Source: an uncultured delta proteobacterium (GTDB lineage: Bacteria > Desulfobacterota > Binatia > UBA9968). From it: 64,000 bases of DNA. Both the position numbers and the translations under genes were made by a program. Each line of letters begins with the position of its first letter. Position 1 is the stretch's first letter. The stretch is taken from positions 1 through 64,000 of the forward strand of contig CAWFJP010000027.1 of the NCBI GenBank assembly GCA_963816145.1. Reading direction: 5' to 3'. This document shows, piece by piece, positions 1 to 8,432 of this stretch. Below the pieces are notes generated by a model that worked only from the letters and a program-made list of their open reading frames with translations, was not told where the DNA came from and made no database searches.

Positions 1-1088
1 ACGAGTGCCAATTTCGCGCGCTGAATTTCATTGGTGAGATGCACGCCCTCGATTAGGTTAGTCGAGAAGCCGCACTGTGGACCGATCGCCAATTGCGCCA
101 GTGGAATATAGCGGCTCGCCTCCTCGACGCGTCGTTTCAGGTCGTCAATATTTTCGATCTCGGGAACCCGCGTGGATATCAGGCCGAGTACGACGCGCTT
201 GCCCGGGGGCACGAGGCGCAGGGGCTCGAAGGAGCCGGCGCTGGCGTTGTCGTACTCGAGAAAATAGACGTTGAACTTGAGCGCATTGAAAATCTTCTCC
301 GCGATCGGCTCGTAGCTGGCGTTGGCCTGCCAGTTGGGATTCTGGCTGCGGCAGATGTGCACGGCGAGCTTCATGCCCGGCGGCGCCTGTGCGGCGATCG
401 CGTTCATCGCCCCGATGTACCGGTCGAGAAGGTCGGACCAATCGTCGCCGCGATCGCGCAGGATGGCGCGGACCCGCTCGTCGCCTAATTTGACCAGGGA
501 CGTCTCGTCCATCTGCAGGTGCGTGCAGCCGACATCCGCGAGCGAGCGCAATTCCTTCACGTAGCAGTCGACAAGATCGGACCAGAAGCGGTCAAGATCG
601 GGATAGACGCTGCGACTGATGTTGGCGCGACCGGCGCGGTAGTGGACGTAGCCAGGTCCAGGCAGGGTGATCTTGGGGATCTGGCTGGTGACGGACCGAA
701 GAAAGGCGAAATCCCTGGCGTTGGCGCCGCCGGCCCATTGGAGACGATCGACGACGGCCGGAATGAGCCGAGCGGTCCGTGATCCGAACTTTGTCGATTT
801 GGACCAGCCCTCGCGCTCGGTCTCCCGCAGTTCAACGCCGGTGATCCCGGAGGCCGTGAACGAATCGGAATAGCTCGCGCGGCGGTACTCGCCATCGGTC
901 ACGATCTCCAAGCCGACCGATTCCTGCATGCGAACGATTTCCCGAATGGCATCGTCCTCCATCGCGCGCAGCTCGACCGCGTCCATCTGGCCAGCGTTGG
1001 CCTTGTCGCGCGCTGCAATCAAGCGATCCGGCCGCAGCAAGCTACCGACCTGGTCCGCCCGCGCGCCCCAAACCTCATTTGTCGCCAT
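1..1088 (-). CDS. Cobalamin-independent methionine synthase II (MetE C-terminal-like) family protein, 3' end runs off the window
   Basis: Read manually (absent from the ORF track because there is no stop in the window): ATG at 1088, MATNEVWGARADQVGSLLRP...VTDGEYRR...HICRS...LEYD...LAIGPQCGFS, the Zn-ligand motifs of this family. Confidence 0.85.
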   Translation of the reverse strand, partial: MATNEVWGARADQVGSLLRPDRLIAARDKANAGQMDAVELRAMEDDAIREIVRMQESVGLEIVTDGEYRRASYSDSFTASGITGVELRETEREGWSKSTKFGSRTARLIPAVVDRLQWAGGANARDFAFLRSVTSQIPKITLPGPGYVHYRAGRANISRSVYPDLDRFWSDLVDCYVKELRSLADVGCTHLQMDETSLVKLGDERVRAILRDRGDDWSDLLDRYIGAMNAIAAQAPPGMKLAVHICRSQNPNWQANASYEPIAEKIFNALKFNVYFLEYDNASAGSFEPLRLVPPGKRVVLGLISTRVPEIENIDDLKRRVEEASRYIPLAQLAIGPQCGFSTNLIEGVHLTNEIQRAKLAL

Positions 1089-1152
1089 GGATTGCCCCTC
1101 AATCACCGGTTGGCCTTATCGTTGGGGAAAAAGTATGTCAAGCGCTTTCCGG

Positions 1153-2073
1153 TCATGCCATTCGCTGAACCAGCGCATCGATGAACCCTTCATCGTCGAG
1201 TTCTTTGACCCAATGCATATCCCAGAGAGCCAACGGATTCAGGCCCTGGGCGCCATATTCGTCGCAAGCAACTTCGTAGGTGGCGGCCAGGGCCGGCAGC
1301 GTCGGATACGGTTTGATCTGCAGCTTGCCCACGATGGCGTCAAAATGTTTCTCCAACTCATGCTCATCGCTGATTTTCATCCGCCGCATCGGCTCTCCGG
1401 TGACAACTTTCATCGCTTCGTTTTTGCGATACTTCATCCAGCAAATGCCGTGAATGACCGCTTTCGCATAGTTTTTTAATACGGCGGATTTCTTGCGCGC
1501 GAACTCGGCGGTGCACGCCTGGGCGTAATGGCTGACCACCTCGAGTTCGGGAACCGGGAGGAATTTTAAACCGGCTTCCAAAGGCTCGGCTTGATACAGC
1601 GGATCCATAAAGCAAGCGATGCATTCTCCGCTGACAACTTTCTTCCACTGCCCCCATCTTCCCACGTCCGTGTCGTTGAAGATGGGAACCCCCACCTTGC
1701 CCTCCAATCCCATCATTCTCAGCCAGAGGGTAACCGTGTAAGGCCGGCCCGATTGCCTCACCGCCATGCTTTTGCCTGCGAATTCACTCACGTCCTTGAC
1801 ATGCTTGGGCACCATCAAGTCCAAACCGCGGACGATTCGCGGGGCGCAAAAGAAAGTAATTTTCTTCCCCTTTGTTGCTTCGGCGTAAAGAAATTCCACA
1901 TGGTCGATCAACACATCGGCAGTGTCGTTGAAGAGCGAAGCTTCGAACTCGCCGTAATCTTTGATCTTCAAAACCTCAACGTTGATGCCGTAATGTTTCG
2001 CGGCGATTTCTTTGATGCAGTAGATGACCGGCGTTCGATCGTCGTCGCGATAGGCGACTCTCACAGTGTCCAT
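1153..2073 (-). CDS. SsuA/NMT1/THI5-like substrate-binding-fold protein, no signal peptide
   Basis: 306 aa; family-like C-terminus (IKPYPT...WDMHWVKELDDEGFID); N-terminus MDTVRVAYRDDD is hydrophilic. Confidence 0.7.
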   Translation of the reverse strand: MDTVRVAYRDDDRTPVIYCIKEIAAKHYGINVEVLKIKDYGEFEASLFNDTADVLIDHVEFLYAEATKGKKITFFCAPRIVRGLDLMVPKHVKDVSEFAGKSMAVRQSGRPYTVTLWLRMMGLEGKVGVPIFNDTDVGRWGQWKKVVSGECIACFMDPLYQAEPLEAGLKFLPVPELEVVSHYAQACTAEFARKKSAVLKNYAKAVIHGICWMKYRKNEAMKVVTGEPMRRMKISDEHELEKHFDAIVGKLQIKPYPTLPALAATYEVACDEYGAQGLNPLALWDMHWVKELDDEGFIDALVQRMA

Positions 2074-2460
2074 AGAACATCAACCATTCCTGCTGACTTG
2101 CCCGACGACATGCTTACAGCGACCAATAACTGCTGGCGATCGGCTGCGGCTCGACAAAATTGTTTTCGCGCGATCGAGACGGGCTCGGCTGACCTTCAAT
2201 TCTCCTCAAGCGCAGCTATTTCGTCTCACCAGTCTTGCCGATTCGCACGCTATCATATTATTTATCCTCGATGCCACGAGGTTATTGGCGAACTTTAAAC
2301 GGTCTGAAGGCCGAATCCCGTTGCCAATACAGGCCGACGATGCTGCTCGGTCTCGCGTTTGAGCGAGCGCGTCGACGGGGAACAAATCAAGTCCTTGTGA
2401 ACGCTGCATCGTCTGAACCAATTGAAGCGGAACGGCAATTTTCACTATAGGCTCGTGCGC

Positions 2461-2489
2461 TTGACGACCAACCGATGCGGCGATATAGC
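2461..2489 (+). promoter_or_regulatory. Candidate sigma70 promoter upstream of the CMD-family gene
   Basis: TTGACG-17 nt-TATAGC. Confidence 0.35.
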
Positions 2490-2670
2490 TCGCGACAGAA
2501 AAGAGGGTTAGTTGAATTTCTAGTCGCGTTAGTTGCTCACCTATATTTGGACAAGCCGGAAAATGGGTGACGTGCGCGATCGCCCCGTAATTGTCACGGC
2601 ATCAATCGAGGTTACTATCGAACTGCCGTAAATCCGGCTGCGAGTTAGTAGACAAACAGGGAGAAATACA

Positions 2671-3216
2671 ATGACACGCATTGCCATTCTGACGCCCGAC
2701 GACATGAGCCATGAACAGCGCGCCACGATCGCGGCGGCCAAGGCCAACGGCAAGCCGTACGGCGGTCCATTCTGGGCCTATATCCGCAATCCCAAACTGA
2801 TGCAGAGCTTGCATAATATGACCGACGCCATCGCCGACAGCACGCTGTCCGGCCGCGAACAACAGATCGTCGCCTTGACCGTGGCGCGCTTCTGGAACGC
2901 CAATTATCCGTGGGCGGCGCAGAGCCGCAACGGTCTTAAAATCGGACTCAAGCAGGCAGAGATCGACGCCATCAACGACCGCGCCGCGCTGCCGACCGCT
3001 GACAAGCGCGAATTGCTAGCGCATCGGATCGCCAATGAACTGCTCGCCGACAAGGGACTGAGCGACGCCACCTATGCCGCCGCCGAAGCATCTTTCAGCA
3101 CTGAAGAACTGGTAGCTCTGGTTGCCCGGGTTGGCTCGTTCTCGATGACCTGTTGCACCGCCAATGCGTTTGATATCACGCCCGCCGATGACGCACCTGA
3201 CCGCCTGAAGCCGTAG
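2671..3216 (+). CDS. Carboxymuconolactone decarboxylase/AhpD-like family protein
   Basis: 181 aa; GGPF..IRNP, LSGREQQIVALTVARFW, LSDATY...F...LV.LV..VG pattern; RBS GGGAG. Confidence 0.75.
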   Translation: MTRIAILTPDDMSHEQRATIAAAKANGKPYGGPFWAYIRNPKLMQSLHNMTDAIADSTLSGREQQIVALTVARFWNANYPWAAQSRNGLKIGLKQAEIDAINDRAALPTADKRELLAHRIANELLADKGLSDATYAAAEASFSTEELVALVARVGSFSMTCCTANAFDITPADDAPDRLKP

Positions 3217-3344
3217 AACAGTTGTTGGAGCATCATCGCTACTAGATCACTCGCTTGACGACCATTATTGAAGGGCTCCCGTGTGATCGCGCTGGCCAAG
3301 TGGTGTTGCAACTGAAGAGTGCTAGACGGCGCCGCTAAATTAAT

Positions 3345-3568
3345 GTCCCGTTGGGGAATAATCGAGATCCCTTGGCGCTTCGGCTTCGCTCAGGACGGGA
3401 TCTAGGCAAAGCGCAGATTTGTCATGCCGGCGCAGGCCGGCATCCATCTTCGTTATCGCTGCAAGGCCAAAGACAACCTGGATTCCGGCCTCCGCCGGAA
3501 TGACGGACGGGGAAGTCGACTTCCAGTCGACAAACTTATAACCACTCGGCTTAAAGCCGAGGGTCGTT
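3345..3568. mobile_element. Non-autonomous IS200/IS605-like (PATE-type) element carrying a GTCAT REP doublet; right end approximate
   Basis: Follows ATTAAT; left part homologous to 38393-38462; right hairpin CTCGGCTTAAAGCCGAG; internal GTCATGCCGGCGCAGGCCGGCATCCA...TGGATTCCGGCCTCCGCCGGAATGAC. Confidence 0.5.
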
Positions 3569-3655
3569 GTGTGGGTCCATCGGCGCGGTAATGATCGGGT
3601 GCTCGGCGCGCCAAGTTAAAACCAAATAGTCTAGAGAAAAAGAGGGGATACCAAG

Positions 3656-4882
3656 ATGACGCTGCCGCTCGAACGTTTTCGCATGCTCGATCTGACCAGG
3701 CTGGTGCCGGGTCCCATGGCGACTTGGATGCTCGCCGATCTTGGCATGGATGTTCTGAAAATCGAGGATGTCGCCGACCGGAGTGCTTACCGCGATCAAC
3801 AGGCGGCCCGGGCATCGAGGGACAACGTCTTCGTTAATCGAGAATCGCTAGAACGTGAGGCTCGGTCGAATGCCTGGAACCATACGCACCGAAATAAGCG
3901 CAGCATAGCGATCAACTTGCAGAAGCCGGAAGGTCAAAAGATCTTCCATCGGCTGGTGGCAGACGCAGACGTATTCTTCGGTTCGTTTCGTCTCGGCGTG
4001 TATAAGCGCTTGGGCGCCGACTACGACACGTTGAGCAAAATCAACCCTCAGTTGATCTACGCCACGCTTAGCGGTTACGGCTTCGGCAACAGCTTTACCG
4101 AATGGCCCGGCAACGAACGCAACGCGCAGGGGATGTCCGGAGTGAGCGCGTTGATGACTGGGCAGGACGGCGAGCCCGCGGACATGCTCTGCCAGCCGGT
4201 AGACAGCTATTCCGCCGCCTTGGCGGTGATATCGATCCAGGCCGCGCTGTTTGCGCGCGAGCAGACAGGACGCGGCCAGCAGGTCGACATCGCACTGGTG
4301 GAAGGCGGCACGGCATTCGTCAATGCCAACGCGCCCGACTACTTCCGCAACAAACAGGTCCGCAAACGCGGCTTCCCGAGCATCGGCAATCTGAAATGCA
4401 AGGACGATAAATACTTGAGCAACGCGGCCTTCGCGCAGGCGCACTTCTGGGCGCCGTTTTGCGACGCCGTCGGCCTGCCGGAAATGCGCGACAAGATCCC
4501 GGTCGGCGATGCGGATGCGATCCGCAAGGTCCGCGCGCACATGCTGACAAAGACGCGCGATGAATGGCTCGAGCGGATCCCCAAGGAAATTTCGGTGGTG
4601 CCGATGTTGGAGTTCGACGAAGTGCTGGAAGGAGATTACGCCAGGGAGCGCGCCATGGTGCTGGAACTGGAACATCCGCTGGAAGGAACGGTTCGGCAGC
4701 TCGCGTCGCCGTTCCGTTTGTCCGACACGCCGCCGACCTTTCGCCACTTTGCGCCGGTGTTAGGCGAGCATACCGTTGAAGTTCTCCATAGCATTGGCTG
4801 CGGCGACAGCGAGATTGGTGAATTGGAGAAGTCCGGCGTGGTTCGCGCGAGCCACTGGGACCTGGCAGCTTCGAATCCCTAG
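3656..4882 (+). CDS. CaiB/BaiF family (class III) CoA-transferase
   Basis: LDLTRLVPGP..T..LADLG.DVLKIE, RNKRSIAINL, ATLSGYG, APVLGEHT motifs. Confidence 0.93.
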   Translation: MTLPLERFRMLDLTRLVPGPMATWMLADLGMDVLKIEDVADRSAYRDQQAARASRDNVFVNRESLEREARSNAWNHTHRNKRSIAINLQKPEGQKIFHRLVADADVFFGSFRLGVYKRLGADYDTLSKINPQLIYATLSGYGFGNSFTEWPGNERNAQGMSGVSALMTGQDGEPADMLCQPVDSYSAALAVISIQAALFAREQTGRGQQVDIALVEGGTAFVNANAPDYFRNKQVRKRGFPSIGNLKCKDDKYLSNAAFAQAHFWAPFCDAVGLPEMRDKIPVGDADAIRKVRAHMLTKTRDEWLERIPKEISVVPMLEFDEVLEGDYARERAMVLELEHPLEGTVRQLASPFRLSDTPPTFRHFAPVLGEHTVEVLHSIGCGDSEIGELEKSGVVRASHWDLAASNP

Positions 4883-4926
4883 CGGTCTGTCGAGCTTCGC
4901 AAGCATCTACTTTTGAGCAACGTTCA

Positions 4927-5061
4927 CGTAGTGGTTCAGTTAGACCGAGATCTCTCACTTCGTTCGAGATGACAGATGGACTATTCTGCTGTCATTTCGA
5001 GCGCAGCGAGAAATCTTTTTCCGGATGAAGGTGTGTGCCCAATTCAAACTGAACCACTACC
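4927..5061. mobile_element. 135-bp MITE with IS1595-like ends and 8-bp target-site duplication
   Basis: Perfect 14-bp TIR GTAGTGGTTCAGTT (4928-4941)/AACTGAACCACTAC (5047-5060); AACGTTCA duplicated at 4919-4926 and 5062-5069. Confidence 0.85.
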
Positions 5062-5066
5062 AACGT

Positions 5067-6050
5067 TCAACTGTAGAGGTCGGCGGATTGGTATTGGATT
5101 TTTTCCAACTGCAATGCCAGCGCTTCTATTTGCTCCTGCCAATAGCGCTCGGTGCCGAAGGCAGGAAAGCCCATCTTGAAAGCGCTGTCTGCCCAGCGGC
5201 GGGCGATCCACGCGGAAAAGTGTATCATGCGCAGCGCCCGCAACGGCTCGATGAGCAGTAGCGTCGTCATGTCGAAAGTTCTGATCTGTTCGTAGGCTTC
5301 TAGTAATATCTCCCGCCGCTCTTTGTCGTATTCGTCGTCTCCGCCCGTGAGCATCCAGATGTCTTGAACCGGCGGCGCGTAGAGCATGTCGTCGAAGTCG
5401 ATGAAGTAAGGCGCGTCGCGATCCCACAAAATATTTCCCGAGTGGCAGTCGCCGTGCAACAGAACGTAGTTGACGTCCGCGAAACGCGGAGTGATCGCGT
5501 CGCAAATTTGCGTGACGATGGTTTCGAAGCGACTTGCCAGCTGCAGCGGAATGAAGTTTCCGTCGATCAAAAACTTCAACGGGTCGCGCCCATAAGTTTG
5601 CGGATCGAGCCGTAAACGGGGGGCGCCTTTTACCGCGGCGCCGACGTTATGAAGACGAGCCATGAATCTTCCCAGGCGCGTGAGCTGTTCGGGATTCAGT
5701 TCCGGCTCGAGTCGGCCCGGACGCTTGGGGAAGATCGTGAACATCACTTGGTTGATTGCGAAAATGCTTTGTCCCTGGTCGTCCGTGAGCGGGCAGACGA
5801 CGGGAATTTCGTTTTCTTCGAGGGCCTTCAGGAAATCGTGCTCGGCCTGAATCGTGGCGCGGCTCCAGCGGCCGGGGCGGTAAAATTTGATGACGACGTG
5901 CGGGCCTTCTTCCATCTCGATGTCGTAAACGCGGTTTTCCATGGCATTGAGGGCGTAGAAACGGCCCGTGCAACGCCCGCCTAATTTTTCGGCGGCGTCG
6001 AAAATGACCTCTGGAAGAATCTGCAGAAAGTTGTCTAGCATAGCCGGCAT
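5067..6050 (-). CDS. srkA: Stress-response Ser/Thr kinase SrkA/RdoA (YihE)
   Basis: ALNAMENRVY, KFYRPGRWS, HGDCHSGN, DFDD, IEPLRALRMIHFSAWIARRW. Confidence 0.92.
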   Translation of the reverse strand: MPAMLDNFLQILPEVIFDAAEKLGGRCTGRFYALNAMENRVYDIEMEEGPHVVIKFYRPGRWSRATIQAEHDFLKALEENEIPVVCPLTDDQGQSIFAINQVMFTIFPKRPGRLEPELNPEQLTRLGRFMARLHNVGAAVKGAPRLRLDPQTYGRDPLKFLIDGNFIPLQLASRFETIVTQICDAITPRFADVNYVLLHGDCHSGNILWDRDAPYFIDFDDMLYAPPVQDIWMLTGGDDEYDKERREILLEAYEQIRTFDMTTLLLIEPLRALRMIHFSAWIARRWADSAFKMGFPAFGTERYWQEQIEALALQLEKIQYQSADLYS

Positions 6051-6127
6051 CCTAGACGAGCGTGCCCTCCTTGTACACTCCCGCGGGCGGTGCCTTAGAG
6101 TTTTTGTAAGTCTATCAAAGTCCGGAA

Positions 6128-6499
6128 TTGGCCAAGCGGCGCAAGATTGACATTCTATCGCGGCGAAAGTTCAGCCTAATTGCCAGCGGCACGCAAACCC
6201 GGCCGCAGACTGTCTATTTATTAGATGCGGGCGGCCTGCATCCCCGTGGGGAAGATGCGCTTCGATTTTTGCGATCCCAAGGCTTGGACCACAGGCTCGC
6301 GCGCTGCGGGACAGTCTACACGGAGTCGACGAATAACTGGTACAGCGTAACCTGCACGGCGACCAAGCCCGTCATGCTGCTGCAATCGATTCGCATTGAC
6401 GGCAAGCAAGTTCAGGACAGCTACGCGATCCGCCTCGATAACACTTTGCCGAAGCGCGATCCCCGCGACCGCGATCCCGGCGTGTCGGGATGTAAATGA
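6128..6499 (+). CDS. Hypothetical protein or gene fragment, start uncertain
   Basis: Only the 3' half has coding-like codon usage; no family recognised. Confidence 0.25.
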   Translation: MAKRRKIDILSRRKFSLIASGTQTRPQTVYLLDAGGLHPRGEDALRFLRSQGLDHRLARCGTVYTESTNNWYSVTCTATKPVMLLQSIRIDGKQVQDSYAIRLDNTLPKRDPRDRDPGVSGCK

Positions 6500-6656
6500 A
6501 CCGTCTGTTGCCGAAGGATTGGAAGTTAACAGGCTAGCTTTTTTACCGGTGAGGTTCGACTGGTTGCCGAGCAATTTCGGCCTGGCCTTAATAACTTGCC
6601 AGCGTTGGCAATGCGGCTCTGACGCGCGGAAAAAAGCAACGTCCGGCGATAATGAC

Positions 6657-7007
6657 TTAACCAACAAAACCGTCGACCGGAATCAATCGCTTGCCGACTG
6701 GATCGACGGCGACGAAGAGGCTCTCTAACGCGACGGCGCCGAGCAGCGCAGGTCCGTTCGGGGCGATGAAGCAGGGTGTGGTGACTTCATCGCCGTTGAG
6801 TTTGAGACGCGCTTCAGCGATGGGCCAAGTCGCATTTTGCCCGCCAGCGATGACGACACGCTGAGAATGCGTCGGTTTCAGGTCGAGTTTTTGTGCCAGA
6901 ACTTGTGGTACGACGCTTAGTGTGGCGCCGGTGTCCACCAGGAATTCAACCTCTTCGACATTTCCGGTCGGGCCGGTCAATTGACCTTTGACATGGAAAA
7001 GCCCCAT
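6657..7007 (-). CDS. Clan AA (retropepsin-like) aspartic protease, AF_0612-like
   Basis: FLVDTGAT and ALLGAVALE motifs, 116 aa. Confidence 0.85.
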   Translation of the reverse strand: MGLFHVKGQLTGPTGNVEEVEFLVDTGATLSVVPQVLAQKLDLKPTHSQRVVIAGGQNATWPIAEARLKLNGDEVTTPCFIAPNGPALLGAVALESLFVAVDPVGKRLIPVDGFVG

Positions 7008-7082
7008 CGTCAGTACCTCTCAAGCTTACGGGCACATTCTATCGCGGTCGCTGCATGGCGCAAGGGTGACTAAATGGTTGGG

Positions 7083-7715
7083 TCACTTCTTCTCCAAGTG
7101 CAGCATGCCCTTCTGCGTGTCGATATCCATCTTGAAGTTGCTCAAGAAATTTAGCCCGAGCAGGCCGGCGACCTGGGGGTCGGGGACGGCGTCGTGGATG
7201 GCGATGGCGATGTTGCGGATCTCCAAGCCGCCGATGGAGATCGACTCGATATTGGCGATCGGGGCGTTGATCAAGCCGTTGGCGGTTTGGAAGGGGAGGG
7301 TCTTGGGATTGGCGCCGAGATTGATGCCGAGGTCGCTGGCGACGGCGTTGGAGATCAGCGTGTAGCTGGCGCCGGTGTCGACGACGAATTTGGCCGAGCG
7401 TCGGTTGTTCAAAGTCGCTTGAACCATGGCGATCGCGCCATGTCTTTCCATCGGCACGGAGACTTTGTTGGTCGGCGCGGCCTTTCGCTCCGGCTCTGCC
7501 GGCCTGGGCGAGTCCGGCGCCACGACTCGTCCGGCGCGCGGCCGCTGGTTGGGTGGAACGTCATGCAGGTTGTCGGTGATATGAAGCACGCCGTTTTCGT
7601 CGACCCAGCGGTAGTATTCGGCGCTATAAGCTTGTCCGGTGAGCGCAAGTTGAAATAGTAGGCCGGCACAATATGCGGTGAGAAGCTTCACGAGAGTTGA
7701 TGATAACATTAACAT
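7083..7715 (-). CDS. Exported DUF4124 + retropepsin-like aspartic protease
   Basis: Signal peptide, YRWVDENGVLHITD (DUF4124), FVVDTGAS, FQTANG, GLLGLNFL. Confidence 0.88.
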   Translation of the reverse strand: MLMLSSTLVKLLTAYCAGLLFQLALTGQAYSAEYYRWVDENGVLHITDNLHDVPPNQRPRAGRVVAPDSPRPAEPERKAAPTNKVSVPMERHGAIAMVQATLNNRRSAKFVVDTGASYTLISNAVASDLGINLGANPKTLPFQTANGLINAPIANIESISIGGLEIRNIAIAIHDAVPDPQVAGLLGLNFLSNFKMDIDTQKGMLHLEKK

Positions 7716-7812
7716 AAATGCAGCGGGGGATATACTCTAATACCCAGTAGTTAAGAGTTAACTGGTTCTTTTTGACATGGCACGGCGAATAGTTCCGGCG
7801 AAGCGGAGGTCG

Positions 7813-7933
7813 GTCATGCCGGCGCTTCGACCTTGCCGCAAAAATCTATCCTGCCGGCAATCAGCATTTTTGACCATCGAATATCCCTCTCAACCGCCGA
7901 ATACGCCGAGAATCCGGCTTGCGCCGGAATGAC
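7813..7933. repeat. Degenerate GTCAT-type REP doublet
   Basis: GTCATGCCGGCG ... AATCCGGCTTGCGCCGGAATGAC. Confidence 0.5.
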
Positions 7934-8022
7934 CGAAGGGATTTCAATCTGCTTCAACAGATTTAGAGAATCCCAAGCCTGGCGCATCGTGGGGGGGCGT
8001 CGGGTAGTTCCAGCCCGACGGC

Positions 8023-8051
8023 TTTACAACGCGAAATTCGTATGGTAGAAA
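8023..8051 (+). promoter_or_regulatory. Candidate sigma70 promoter of rpsO-pnp
   Basis: TTTACA-17 nt-TAGAAA with a TG extended -10. Confidence 0.45.
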
Positions 8052-8096
8052 CTTTACAACTAAAAAGGAAAGAAAGAGAGAAGCAGAGCGGAGCAA

Positions 8097-8366
8097 ATGG
8101 GAATCACTGAACAACAGAAACAAAGTACAGTCGAACAGTTCAGGGTTCATCAGACGGACACCGGCTCTCCTGAAGTGCAAGTCGCGTTGTTAAGCCAGCG
8201 CATTGAATATCTCACCGAGCACTTCAAGGTTCATGTGAAGGATCACCATTCTCGTCGTGGCCTCCTTATGATGGTTGGGCAGCGGAGGCGGCTTTTGGAC
8301 TATCTCAGAAAGAACAATCTTGAGAGATATCAAAGCTTGATCCAACGGCTTGGAATACGCAAGTAG
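8097..8366 (+). CDS. rpsO: 30S ribosomal protein S15
   Basis: [35 protein letters not shown]. Confidence 0.99.
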   Translation: MGITEQQKQSTVEQFRVHQTDTGSPEVQVALLSQRIEYLTEHFKVHVKDHHSRRGLLMMVGQRRRLLDYLRKNNLERYQSLIQRLGIRK

Positions 8367-8432
8367 CTTCCAGCCGGTCGCCCGCCGTTCCCACTCCTCC
8401 GTTACATTCATCTCCCTTCAGAGGATTTCTCT

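Noticed and set aside
2074-2670. Riboswitch or ncRNA in the 600-bp divergent intergenic region
   Set aside because: No recognisable cobalamin, SAM or other motif by eye; an Rfam/Infernal scan would be needed.
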